Part shown: positions 18,533 to 27,418 of the stretch, piece after piece
How the letters are laid out: every line of letters starts with the position of its first letter
Position numbering within the stretch: position 1 is the stretch's first letter
Origin: a virus
Taxonomy: Duplodnaviria > Caudoviricetes
Direction: 5' to 3' (one strand)
DNA length: 62,838 nucleotides
Virus record (IMG/VR): IMGVR_UViG_3300042444_000200
Coordinates: 1-62,838 of that record
Translations under genes and position numbers: made by a program
The notes under the pieces: model-generated
What the model was told of the DNA's origin: nothing
The model's database searches: none
The model's input: only the letters and a program-made list of their open reading frames with translations

Positions 18533-18742
18533 ATGCCCGAATGGATTTCTTGCGGCGAACGGCTCCCCACCGACAGCACAACCGTGCTCGCGTTTGCGGC
18601 CGGTCAGTGCTACGCCATGCAGCACTACGCGGGCGACGACGACTACCCCGCTGAATGGGCCTGTGCGCAGGGCGACGGTTGGGGTGTGCCAAACCACCTC
18701 GTCACCCACTGGATGCCCATGCCCCAGCCCCCCGCAAAGTGA
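18533..18742 (+). CDS. DUF551 family protein
   Basis: MPEWISCGERLP...VTHWMPMPQPP. Confidence 0.88.
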   Translation: MPEWISCGERLPTDSTTVLAFAAGQCYAMQHYAGDDDYPAEWACAQGDGWGVPNHLVTHWMPMPQPPAK

Positions 18743-18770
18743 CAGGGGCACAACAACGCGACGCGGCAAC

Positions 18771-18806
18771 AACCCCCTCACTGGGCAACTGGTGAGGGGG
18801 TTTTTT
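18771..18806 (+). terminator. Intrinsic terminator
   Basis: AACCCCCTCACTG/TGGTGAGGGGGTT stem followed by a T-run. Confidence 0.85.
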
Positions 18807-18818
18807 GTTTCCCGCACT

Positions 18819-18848
18819 GGTTGCCGGTCGTTCGGCAGGTGCTATGTG
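18819..18848 (+). promoter_or_regulatory. Early motif copy 2
   Basis: GGTTGCCGGTCGTTCGGCAGGTGCTATGTG. Confidence 0.65.
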
Positions 18849-18899
18849 GCGGCACGTTGCCGCTGCTGTTCGGTGCGTTTTCTTTCGGAGAGTTTCACC

Positions 18900-19223
18900 A
18901 TGCCCCGTTTCATCCCTTCCGTGATCGACGTTACCTATGACCTCGTTGACCTCATGCTCGACGAGGCCACCGGCTGCGACCGGCTGAACGATGAGTGCCG
19001 CGAGTGGCCCGACTACGCCGAAGACATCGACGGCATCGGGCGGTTCGCCGTGATCTACAACCTGCCGGGCAACCTGCCGGAGTGTGATCCGACGTACCAC
19101 GAGACGATGGATGAGGCGGAGCAGCGGCTCCGTGAACTCCGGGCGGAGGGCCGTGAACTGTACGGTCGCAACGATCCCTACGTCTACGAAATCGTGGACA
19201 TGAACGAGCGGACGTTCGCCTGA
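18900..19223 (+). CDS. Acidic hypothetical protein
   Basis: Start MPRFIPS with a GGAG SD. Confidence 0.7.
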   Translation: MPRFIPSVIDVTYDLVDLMLDEATGCDRLNDECREWPDYAEDIDGIGRFAVIYNLPGNLPECDPTYHETMDEAEQRLRELRAEGRELYGRNDPYVYEIVDMNERTFA

Positions 19224-19243
19224 CCCGCGACGCGGTGAAACCT

Positions 19244-19288
19244 AGCCCCCTGCTGGTAGCCGAAAGGCCACTGGCAGGGGGCTTTTTT
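19244..19288 (+). terminator. Intrinsic terminator
   Basis: AGCCCCCTGCTGGT...ACTGGCAGGGGGCT followed by a T-run; stem nearly identical to the one at 18267. Confidence 0.85.
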
Positions 19289-19325
19289 GTTGGCCCGATT
19301 CATCCCCAAACCCGGAGACAAAGCG

Positions 19326-19865
19326 ATGGCAACCATGCAGATGGTCAGTGATTTCTGTGACAACTACGCGATTGAGGCTTACCTCGAATGCGACAACGAG
19401 GGGCGGCTTCGTGCGCCCATCACGGCACACACAATCGCAGCCCGATTTGGCGTGCTCGACAACTGCCCCGTGCGGTTCGTTGGCCGCGAGTTCGTTCACG
19501 AGTTGGGCCTTTACTACATGGCCGCGAGCATCGGGAACGGCGAGCGTGGCGTCCATGTGTGGATCGGACGGAAAGACCCGCTGGGAAGCACAGAAATCAA
19601 GGCCGTACCTCGATCCGCTCCGTACGTTGTCGGACTCCCCGAGAACCCCGCCGTTTTGCACGGCATCCCCGACCCCGACCGCGTCACCGCATGGGGTGCC
19701 GACGACTTCTGGGTACGCACCACCGACAGCATCGTCGCGGACGTAGCCAACCACCGGAAGATGCTCGACGAGAAGGTGAAGCGGCTCCGCAAGGAACTCA
19801 CCGACGCGGAGAAGGAACTCGATGTCTTTGTCAACTGGGTCTGCGGCACAGCCAACGGCGGCTGA
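19326..19865 (+). CDS. Hypothetical protein
   Basis: GGAG SD; coiled-coil C-terminus. Confidence 0.7.
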   Translation: MATMQMVSDFCDNYAIEAYLECDNEGRLRAPITAHTIAARFGVLDNCPVRFVGREFVHELGLYYMAASIGNGERGVHVWIGRKDPLGSTEIKAVPRSAPYVVGLPENPAVLHGIPDPDRVTAWGADDFWVRTTDSIVADVANHRKMLDEKVKRLRKELTDAEKELDVFVNWVCGTANGG

Positions 19866-19904
19866 CCCAACCCCATAACCACACATACGAAAGGAGAACC
19901 CGTA

Positions 19905-20351
19905 ATGTCCCGCACGTTTGCCCACCTGCCGTCCCGAATCCGTGAGGATCGCGGCCTGCACTACGACCCCGCTGGTACTGCCAACCTGCCCACTCACGGG
20001 CGGGCTGGCTACGTCCGCAGCATCGACCGGGCGGAGGGTGCCCGGCTCGTCACCTCAACCGCACGGGAAAGGCGTGCCCTGATCCACACCCTCACCACCA
20101 TCCGCAGTCTGCACGATGCGGAGGACAAGTTCGGCACGGGAGATAGGTGGTACGACCCGTGCGTGGTTGGGAGGCGGGTCATCTTCCGCTGCCTCGACAA
20201 GTGGGAGGAACTCGACCCTCGCACTCCAACCTACGACCCCACGCACGACGATGAGGCACAGGCTATCGCCGACCGGGAGTGGGAGGAGGAGGTGCGTGAT
20301 TGGTACGAGCGTCTCCCGGAACCGTGCCCCTGTTGTGGAAGGAGGGACTGA
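19905..20351 (+). CDS. Hypothetical protein
   Basis: AAGGAG SD; C-terminal CPCC. Confidence 0.7.
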   Translation: MSRTFAHLPSRIREDRGLHYDPAGTANLPTHGRAGYVRSIDRAEGARLVTSTARERRALIHTLTTIRSLHDAEDKFGTGDRWYDPCVVGRRVIFRCLDKWEELDPRTPTYDPTHDDEAQAIADREWEEEVRDWYERLPEPCPCCGRRD

Positions 20352-20353
20352 AC

Positions 20354-20614
20354 ATGGACATCGACATCTCGGACGACCTGCAAGACCTGCTCGAAAGAAT
20401 GGAACTGGACGGGCGGTTCGACGACGCCGACACGATCACTCGTGCGGCCCTCGAAATCGCACGACTGAGGGGCGGGGATGATCCCGCGTTCAAGCCCACG
20501 CTCACTGCCCCCGAGAAGGAGGCAGTCAGTGAGGCGTGCGACGAGGGAAGGTGGTGGCCGAAGGACTACCACCACATCCACACGCTGCGAGAGTTGCTCG
20601 CGAGGATGAGTTGA
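20354..20614 (+). CDS. Hypothetical protein (paralogue of 15434-15739)
   Basis: AALEIARLR...TLTAPEKEA...TLRELLARM. Confidence 0.7.
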   Translation: MDIDISDDLQDLLERMELDGRFDDADTITRAALEIARLRGGDDPAFKPTLTAPEKEAVSEACDEGRWWPKDYHHIHTLRELLARMS

Positions 20615-20644
20615 TTCGCCCGTAACAACGGGCTTCGAGCGGGC

Positions 20645-20674
20645 GGTTGACGCTCGTTCGGCAGGTGATTTGTG
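20645..20674 (+). promoter_or_regulatory. Early motif copy 3
   Basis: GGTTGACGCTCGTTCGGCAGGTGATTTGTG. Confidence 0.65.
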
Positions 20675-20764
20675 AGCCGTGCTGCTCGTTGCAGTGCGGC
20701 TCGTTTCTTTCCGGGCCATGCCATTCGGCGTGGCCTTTTTCGTTTCTTGAAAGGGGATCGCGAT

Positions 20765-22039
20765 ATGTCCGCACAGAAGTACGACGAGGCTGGGTTCGGC
20801 GAGGACGACGGCCTGCACCGTGACACGGGCACGATGTTCAACCCGGAGGGGTTCGACTGCGACGGGCGTGACGACGAGGGCTACGACGTAAATGGCTACA
20901 ACGAGTCGGGCTTCAACCGCGACGGCATCAACCGCCGAACCGGCAATGAGTTCGACATCTACGGTCACACGGAGGACGGCTCTCGCTACAACGAGGACGG
21001 CTACGACTGCAACGGGTACGACGAGGAGGGGTACAACGAGGAGGGGTACGACTCGGAGGGGTTCGATAGCGACGGCATCCACTGCGATACCGGCACTGAA
21101 TACAACGAGGACGGGTACGACGTTCACGGGAACGAGCAGGAGGCCGACGACGACGGGTTCGACGACGGGCTTCGGCCGTACGAGGAGTGCGTGATCGAGG
21201 CGACGGGCTGGCGTCACCCAACCGGGCGGCACGACACGCTGCTCGCCGGTCACGAGATCGAGATGTATTCCCGTGACTGCGACCTGACCGACGTTGCCAA
21301 CGTGGTGAATCAGTTGGCCCGTGCGTACCGCAAGCACGCCCCGACTGTGCTTGGAGGCTCGAAGTTCGGGCATTGTGCCATCGGCAAGCACGACGGTTCG
21401 CTTGGCGAGGACGGGCGGATCGGCGGGTTCGAGACTGTCACTGTCCCCCTCACTCGTGAGCAGACGTACGGAATCTTTGAGTCGTTCGATGTGCTGGGCG
21501 ACGGCGAGTGCAAGGCGTGGAGCATGGGCCCGGAGGTCGGGCACCACATCCACCTCAGTCTGTCCGCCATCTCGCCGCTCACGCTCGGAAAGATGGGCGT
21601 GTTCCTCAACGAGCCGGGCAATCGGCGGTTCATTGAGGCAGTGGCCCAGCGGGGTGCGATCTACAACGGGTTCGAGAACAACAAGAAACTCACGCACCCC
21701 AAGCCGTACGTGCGGCACAGCGTGATGAACGTGACGCCGCAGACAGTGGAGTTCCGCATGTTCAAGTCGAACCTGCGGTCGAGCGGCATCCTCAAGAACT
21801 ACGAGTTCGCCATCTCAACCGTGCGGTTCTGCCGTGAGGCAAGTGCTGCCGACCTGAACTTCACCCACTACCTGCGGTTCCTTGCAGCCCACCGCAAGGA
21901 GTTCCGGTACATGCACCAGTTCATGCTGCAAGCGAGCGGCGTAGTCAGCATCTACGACGGCCGCAAGTGGTGTGACGTTTACGCCTCGTTCGTTCCGCAG
22001 AACGGACGCCGTGCCAACAAGCCCGACCAAGCAGCCTAA
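20765..22039 (+). CDS. Putative amidoligase (COOH-NH2 ligase) with N-terminal acidic YxxxG repeats
   Basis: GHEIEM, HDGSL, GFETVT.P, GHHIHLS, TVEFR motifs; the first ~140 aa are YNEDGYD/GFNRDG repeats. Confidence 0.85.
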   Translation: MSAQKYDEAGFGEDDGLHRDTGTMFNPEGFDCDGRDDEGYDVNGYNESGFNRDGINRRTGNEFDIYGHTEDGSRYNEDGYDCNGYDEEGYNEEGYDSEGFDSDGIHCDTGTEYNEDGYDVHGNEQEADDDGFDDGLRPYEECVIEATGWRHPTGRHDTLLAGHEIEMYSRDCDLTDVANVVNQLARAYRKHAPTVLGGSKFGHCAIGKHDGSLGEDGRIGGFETVTVPLTREQTYGIFESFDVLGDGECKAWSMGPEVGHHIHLSLSAISPLTLGKMGVFLNEPGNRRFIEAVAQRGAIYNGFENNKKLTHPKPYVRHSVMNVTPQTVEFRMFKSNLRSSGILKNYEFAISTVRFCREASAADLNFTHYLRFLAAHRKEFRYMHQFMLQASGVVSIYDGRKWCDVYASFVPQNGRRANKPDQAA

Positions 22040-22068
22040 CCCACCCCACCACAAGGAGAACCAACCAC

Positions 22069-22875
22069 ATGTGCCTCGCAATCTACAAGCCTGCCACCAC
22101 CAAGCCCGACTGGGGTGCCTACCAAAACGGGATGGCCGAGAACCCAGATGGCTGGGGCTTTGCCGTGATCGACAACGGGGAACTGCTAACCGCCTGCGGA
22201 ATGGGCGGGTTCGCTGAGTTCCGCCACAACTTCGAGCCCTTCTCGCACTGCCAGTCCATCATCCACTTCCGATGGGCTACGCATGGCACGAAGGACGAGA
22301 CGAACTGCCACCCCTTCTTCGTCAAGGACTTGGCCGTGATTCACAACGGCATGATTCAGATCGACACGAAGTCTGACGAGGCACGCTCGGACACATGGCA
22401 CTTCGTCACGAAGGTCGTGGCCCCCATGTACGAGCGTGACAGGGACTTCTTCCTCCACGACGATGTCATGTTCAACATGGAGTTGGCCCACGCCACCAGC
22501 AAGTTCGTGTTCCTGCGGCAAGACGGAACCGTGTGCATCTGGAACGAGGCAGACGGGAAGAACACTGCCGATGGGCACTGGTATTCCAACGACGGGTACC
22601 TCCCGTCCCGCAAGTATTGGACGCAGCCCTCTTCCAAGAAGGCTGTTGCCAACTGCACCGTGTCAGTCCGCGATTCGTGGAGCATGACCGACGCGGAGGA
22701 CGAGGAGATGTACCGCAGGTGGAAGGAGGACGAGGGCTACGACTCATACGAGAGGGCGTACCACGAGAAGATGGAGCACGACCTCATGGCGTTCGGGTTC
22801 ACCCGCGACACGGTGGACGAGGTGTTCGGGCTGCTCGGCGGCTACGGATTGGAGGCACTGTTCGACGTACTCTGA
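22069..22875 (+). CDS. Class II (Ntn) glutamine amidotransferase
   Basis: Cys2 nucleophile (MCLAI); NPDGWG, HFRWATHG, NCHPF, HNG, SDT. Confidence 0.92.
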   Translation: MCLAIYKPATTKPDWGAYQNGMAENPDGWGFAVIDNGELLTACGMGGFAEFRHNFEPFSHCQSIIHFRWATHGTKDETNCHPFFVKDLAVIHNGMIQIDTKSDEARSDTWHFVTKVVAPMYERDRDFFLHDDVMFNMELAHATSKFVFLRQDGTVCIWNEADGKNTADGHWYSNDGYLPSRKYWTQPSSKKAVANCTVSVRDSWSMTDAEDEEMYRRWKEDEGYDSYERAYHEKMEHDLMAFGFTRDTVDEVFGLLGGYGLEALFDVL

Positions 22876-22879
22876 CCCG

Positions 22880-22921
22880 AGAAAAAAGTCACGAGACTGC
22901 GGAAACACACGGCGTTATACA
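22880..22921 (+). promoter_or_regulatory. AAAAAGTCA-box with a downstream -10-like hexamer
   Basis: AGAAAAAAGTCACGAGAC is 17/18 identical to 24664-24681. Confidence 0.5.
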
Positions 22922-22948
22922 GGTAACCAATCGCATGGAGGCGTACGC

Positions 22949-23227
22949 ATGGAGTGGCAGGCGGGAGAATGGATACCGATGGAGCGGGTGTCTGCGATGA
23001 CCGAAGCGGGCGTGCCCGCATCGGAGTCCCTCCCCCTGCTGCTCGTGCTATCACGGGTCGAGAGGTTGATTGAGAAGGGCACCGACATGGATCGGGTTGA
23101 CCTCGTAATAGTTCGCACGTTCTTGCAGTCCTACATCACGGCGTTCACCGCCCGAATGGTGGACATGAGGAGGCTGGTCGAGGTACTCGCGGAGTCGCGG
23201 GTATCAACGGAACCATCTAACAACTAG
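22949..23227 (+). CDS. Hypothetical protein
   Basis: GGAGG SD. Confidence 0.55.
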   Translation: MEWQAGEWIPMERVSAMTEAGVPASESLPLLLVLSRVERLIEKGTDMDRVDLVIVRTFLQSYITAFTARMVDMRRLVEVLAESRVSTEPSNN

Positions 23228-23241
23228 CCCTTCCCGCTTGG

Positions 23242-23271
23242 GGTTGAGGCTCGTTCGGCAGGTGGATTGTG
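23242..23271 (+). promoter_or_regulatory. Early motif copy 4
   Basis: GGTTGAGGCTCGTTCGGCAGGTGGATTGTG. Confidence 0.65.
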
Positions 23272-23320
23272 TGGGCTCGGCAGTGTGCCGGGCCCTTGTC
23301 ATTTCAACACGGAGGATCGA

Positions 23321-24190
23321 ATGAACATCCATGAAATCAGCACTGACCGGCAGGGTGGCGTCGTCTACTGGGACGCCAGCCCTGTGCGGAAAGCCGTACT
23401 CGACGGGGCGTACACCGAGTTCGGTCTGGCGAACCAACTACCCCGCCGCATGAAGCGGGCGACCGCACTGCGGATGGCGATGTCGGATTACATCGAGGCC
23501 AACCGGAACGGACGCAAGCGGACACGCATCGACCTCAACCCACTCGACCGCAGGGTGTGCGGGTTCGAGGCGGTGCTTCAGAACAAGGGCGACGAGCAGA
23601 ACCAGCACCAGTACCAGTTCACTGCGAAGGTGAACACGACCGACGAGTCCGTGCGTGTCACCTCCGGCGGCGTATCACTGGGGCAGCAGGCCGACGACGA
23701 CATGACCGCACGATACCAGCAGCACCTGCTCTGGTACTGCGGCTCGACGGTGGGTGCCCTGCTCAAGCGGGCTGTGCTGGAGTGGCGTGGCACCTCGCTC
23801 AAGGGCAGGGGTGGCGTGTACTTCCTGCCCGATGCAGCCATCGACAAGTACCGTGACCTCGACTCCCGGTTCACTGCGTCCGGTGCTGCCTGCCAGTTGC
23901 ATGTGATCCGCTTCCCCATCGGGAGGGACGATGCCACTACCCGCTCGGTTATCGGTGGGTTCCGGGATGAGGTGCGATCCCTCATCGAAGAACTCAACGG
24001 CGACCTGCTGGGTGACACCGAGATGCGGGAGCGTGGCGTATCCACCCGCATCACACGACTGACTGAGGCACGGGAGAAGATCGCCTTCTACTGTGACCTG
24101 TTCAGCGTGTCGCTCGACGACCTGCGTGAAGCGGTGGATACCACGACCACCGCAATCAAGATGGCCCGACTCACCCAAATCTCTGCGTGA
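23321..24190 (+). CDS. DUF3150-like helical phage protein
   Basis: GGAGG SD; G.VVYW N-terminus, GGVYFLP motif, helical C-terminus; such proteins often neighbour MoxR/vWA genes. Confidence 0.6.
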   Translation: MNIHEISTDRQGGVVYWDASPVRKAVLDGAYTEFGLANQLPRRMKRATALRMAMSDYIEANRNGRKRTRIDLNPLDRRVCGFEAVLQNKGDEQNQHQYQFTAKVNTTDESVRVTSGGVSLGQQADDDMTARYQQHLLWYCGSTVGALLKRAVLEWRGTSLKGRGGVYFLPDAAIDKYRDLDSRFTASGAACQLHVIRFPIGRDDATTRSVIGGFRDEVRSLIEELNGDLLGDTEMRERGVSTRITRLTEAREKIAFYCDLFSVSLDDLREAVDTTTTAIKMARLTQISA

Positions 24191-24201
24191 AAGGACACAC
24201 G

Positions 24202-24435
24202 ATGCCATACCACGACTCGGAATACCCAAGCATCCTGCGTGGCAGGAGCAAGCGGGAGTCGCAGCGATTGCTGGATGCGGCACCCGTGATGCTCGACGCC
24301 CTGCGGGAGGCACTAGACACCCTCGTGAATCTGTACGAGTACGCATATCCGGGAGACGAATCCGACAACGACGTCACCGACACCATCGACATGGTGATCG
24401 AGGCCATCGACAAAGCAGAAGGGAGCAAGGCATGA
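24202..24435 (+). CDS. Hypothetical protein
   Basis: AAPVMLDAL...IEAIDKAEG, a motif common in small phage proteins. Confidence 0.7.
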   Translation: MPYHDSEYPSILRGRSKRESQRLLDAAPVMLDALREALDTLVNLYEYAYPGDESDNDVTDTIDMVIEAIDKAEGSKA

Positions 24436-24650
24436 ACTCTTTCTGGTTCCACTTCAACAAGCCCCTGTCCCAAAGCAAGGGGCACCCCGTGATGACAGTC
24501 CACTACCGCAACGCCTGCATCCCGGTGCGGCACATCATCTGCAAGGTACCAACCAGCACCAGAGAAAGGAGACAGCAACCCCGCATGGTTATCGCCGGGC
24601 GTGGTGTGGTCAGGGTCGAGAACGACACTGCCACCATCACCGAAATCTGA
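24432..24650 (+). CDS. Hypothetical phage protein
   Basis: ATGA-coupled start MNSFWFHFNKPLSQ...QQPRMVIAG. Confidence 0.7.
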   Translation: MNSFWFHFNKPLSQSKGHPVMTVHYRNACIPVRHIICKVPTSTRERRQQPRMVIAGRGVVRVENDTATITEI

Positions 24651-24663
24651 CGCACGTTTTCCT

Positions 24664-24705
24664 AGAAAAAAGTCACGCGACCTAGCAGGACGCCAGCACT
24701 ACGCT
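24664..24705 (+). promoter_or_regulatory. AAAAAGTCA-box with -10-like TACGCT
   Basis: Repeat of 22880-22897, upstream of an HTH gene. Confidence 0.5.
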
Positions 24706-24736
24706 GGCGTTTCGCATTTCCCATTAGGAGTTTCCC

Positions 24737-25060
24737 ATGACCCACGCAGAATCCCGTGCCCGCCGTGCCCTTGTCCCCACCCTGTTCCGCAAGGGGGCCA
24801 CAGTCAAGGGCATCGCCCGCCAGTTGAAAGTCCACGAGTACTACGTCCAGTCCATCCTCCGGCAGGCTGGCGTTGATCCGACCGAGTACTCCACCCGTGC
24901 CCGGAACGCAGAGATCAGGCGGCTGCGGATGGAGGGCTGGAGCCCGAGCGTTCTGGCGGAGGAGTTCGGCCTGACTCAAGGCCGCATCTCCCAGATCACT
25001 GGCCCCGTCCGCAAGGCGGACATCCTCGCACACGCTGCGGCGGAAGGGCTGGTGGCCTGA
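24737..25060 (+). CDS. Tandem helix-turn-helix DNA-binding protein
   Basis: G.TVKGIARQLKVHEYYV and RNAEI...GWSPSVLAEEFGLTQGRISQI. Confidence 0.8.
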   Translation: MTHAESRARRALVPTLFRKGATVKGIARQLKVHEYYVQSILRQAGVDPTEYSTRARNAEIRRLRMEGWSPSVLAEEFGLTQGRISQITGPVRKADILAHAAAEGLVA

Positions 25061-25263
25061 TGCAAGCACCGAGACTGAGCGAGAAGGTGAGGCGTGGGCT
25101 ATGGCTCATCGTCGCACGCAGTGCAACGGTGTGGAGTTGGGAGCAGATCAGTTCCCAAGAAACACCGAGAGACCAGCGAGAGGAGAGGGAGTGCGTACTC
25201 GCAGCGGCGAGATACGCGGAGCACCACTGGAAGCAGGAGCCCCATGACGGGGAGGCAGCATGA
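25060..25263 (+). CDS. Hypothetical protein
   Basis: TGATG coupling to the upstream gene. Confidence 0.55.
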   Translation: MQAPRLSEKVRRGLWLIVARSATVWSWEQISSQETPRDQREERECVLAAARYAEHHWKQEPHDGEAA

Positions 25264-25328
25264 ACGAGGACACGGTACTGATCATCGTCACGATCCTTCG
25301 CATCATCGCAGAGGTCATCTCCGCAGGT

Positions 25329-25358
25329 GGTTGAGGCTCGTTCGGCAGGTACATGGCG
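25329..25358 (+). promoter_or_regulatory. Early motif copy 5
   Basis: GGTTGAGGCTCGTTCGGCAGGTACATGGCG. Confidence 0.65.
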
Positions 25359-25411
25359 GGGGCTAGTCACGTTGGCTGGCCCCCGCCTTTCATTCACACA
25401 AGGACTACGAC

Positions 25412-26548
25412 ATGACAAACGCATGGCTTGATCACAACGCCCCTTACTACTGTGCCCTTCAGGTTGTCCCCTCCCTTGCGGAAGGGTTCTGCGGCGAGGG
25501 CAAGACGCAGATCGCTGCCTCGTTGAGCAAGGCATTGAACCGCAGGTTCGTGCTGCTCATCGCCAGCCAGTGTGCCCCCGAAGATGTGGCTGGTATGCCA
25601 GCCCCCGACAACAAGTCGGGTGTCACCCGGATGCTACCCCCGTACTGGTACGAGGATGTCAAGGGGCCGGGCGGGTTCCTGTTCGCTGACGAGATGACCA
25701 CGCCAGTCCCTTCGGTGCGTGCCCCCTTCCTCTCCGTGTTCTCGGAGTTCAAGGTCGGCCAGTACCACATGCACCCCGACACCATCGTGTGCGGTGCGTT
25801 CAACCCGGCAGACCTCGCCCCCAACGGCAGTCCGCTGGAGCCAGCGATGGCGAACCGCTTCTTCCACCACAAGTGGCAGATGAACAAGGACGCTTGGCTC
25901 TCCGGCGTGTGCGACCCGGCGACGCCGCTGAACTGGAAGGCACCCGAGTTCCCCATCGTGCCGTCGAACTGGCAGGACTATCTCGGTATCTGGTCGCCGC
26001 TCGTTGGTGAGTTTCTCCGCTCACACGACGGGCTGTACACGCAGATGCCGAAGGACGGCGAACTCGCCTTCGCTTCCTATCGAACGTGGACGTACGCCAT
26101 CCGCTGCCTTGCCGCAGCAGAGGCGTCGGGCGCTGAGATGTACGAGAACAACAGCGTCGTCCGCAAGATGGTAGCCGGGTGCGTCGGGGTCAACGCAGCC
26201 CACCAGTTCTGTGAGTGGATGCGTACCCGGAACCTCGCCCGCATCGACGACCTGCTCGATGGCACGGCGGTGTTCAAGCACGACGACAACCGACCGGACA
26301 TCACGCTGTGCGTGGCTGCCGCAATCACCACTGCGGTCGGCCTGCCCAGCAAGTTCACGCCGGATCGGTGGGATCGTGCGGCTGCGATCATCGGCCAGAT
26401 CGGAACCGAGTGCAGTCCTGAGATTGCCCTCAAGCACAACAACAAACTCAAGCAGGCCGCCACTTCCAACGGCTACCGGCCGAAGGCTGCGGCACTCAAG
26501 CCCCTGCTTGACCTGATGGACACGGTCGATGCACTGCTCGCCAAGTAA
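25412..26548 (+). CDS. MoxR-like AAA+ ATPase
   Basis: Walker A GFCGEGKT, Walker B FLFADEM, PAMANRF arginine finger. Confidence 0.88.
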   Translation: MTNAWLDHNAPYYCALQVVPSLAEGFCGEGKTQIAASLSKALNRRFVLLIASQCAPEDVAGMPAPDNKSGVTRMLPPYWYEDVKGPGGFLFADEMTTPVPSVRAPFLSVFSEFKVGQYHMHPDTIVCGAFNPADLAPNGSPLEPAMANRFFHHKWQMNKDAWLSGVCDPATPLNWKAPEFPIVPSNWQDYLGIWSPLVGEFLRSHDGLYTQMPKDGELAFASYRTWTYAIRCLAAAEASGAEMYENNSVVRKMVAGCVGVNAAHQFCEWMRTRNLARIDDLLDGTAVFKHDDNRPDITLCVAAAITTAVGLPSKFTPDRWDRAAAIIGQIGTECSPEIALKHNNKLKQAATSNGYRPKAAALKPLLDLMDTVDALLAK

Positions 26549-26610
26549 CTAACCAACACCCGCCCCGCCCCCTTGCACAACGCAGGGGGGCGGGCACAGA
26601 AGGAGGGACA

Positions 26611-27132
26611 ATGGCTCTCAAGATCAACAACGTCTGGAAGAAATGGGGCGTCCGCCTATGGAGCCCATTCAAAAGCACATACACAACCTCATGCCGGAAG
26701 CGTACGTTCGAGCAGGCTGTGGAACTGGGGTACCAAGAGGTGGCGAAACTGCGGGAGGAGATTGCCCCGCATCCCCACCGATTCACGTTCAAGCCCGACG
26801 AGGTTCCGAACGTAGACGTAGGGTTCGTCACGGTTGACGTCGTGATGGAGTTGAAGGGCTCGGTCTGGATAGATCGGGGCCTTCGATTCACTCAGACTTC
26901 GCCAGCGGGGCTGCGATGTGCATACCACACCAGTAGAGGTGCTGACACGTTCGCATCCGCTGCACGCATCAAGCGTGGAGGCGAGGCGTACGTTTCACTC
27001 GACCCGTACCTGTACGACATGGGCACAAAGAGTCAGTCGCATTACCTCCGGCTGGCAGAGGCCCTCTCCCAAGCAGAAGAGTATCTCAAGGAGCATTCAG
27101 TTTTCTGGAACGCATTTCGACACACGGCATAG
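26611..27132 (+). CDS. Hypothetical protein
   Basis: AAGGAGG SD. Confidence 0.7.
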   Translation: MALKINNVWKKWGVRLWSPFKSTYTTSCRKRTFEQAVELGYQEVAKLREEIAPHPHRFTFKPDEVPNVDVGFVTVDVVMELKGSVWIDRGLRFTQTSPAGLRCAYHTSRGADTFASAARIKRGGEAYVSLDPYLYDMGTKSQSHYLRLAEALSQAEEYLKEHSVFWNAFRHTA

Positions 27133-27142
27133 GAGGCCACCC

Positions 27143-27418
27143 ATGATTCGGACACCACACTTCACACTGACCGACGCACAACTCGACTCCCTCGTGGACG
27201 CCCTTGTCTACGCCCTCGATGACATCGGCGAGTACATCGACTACCTCCACAAGGAGTCACTCAAGGAAGATGCCAACGACGCAGACCTCGACGATGCAAT
27301 CATGTTTGCAGAAGAGGATCGCAGTCGGTGGACGTTCCTGCGTGACGAGTTGCAGGACATGATCGACGCACGACCCAAGTTGACAATCGTCAAGCCATTC
27401 AACCCGGAGCACAACTGA
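27143..27418 (+). CDS. Acidic hypothetical protein
   Basis: AGGAGG SD; start MIRTPHF. Confidence 0.7.
   Translation: MIRTPHFTLTDAQLDSLVDALVYALDDIGEYIDYLHKESLKEDANDADLDDAIMFAEEDRSRWTFLRDELQDMIDARPKLTIVKPFNPEHN

Noticed and set aside
17781-25358. CRISPR or mini-array made of the GTTCGGCAGG repeats
   Set aside because: Copies are 1-2.6 kb apart with genes between them, and no cas genes are present.
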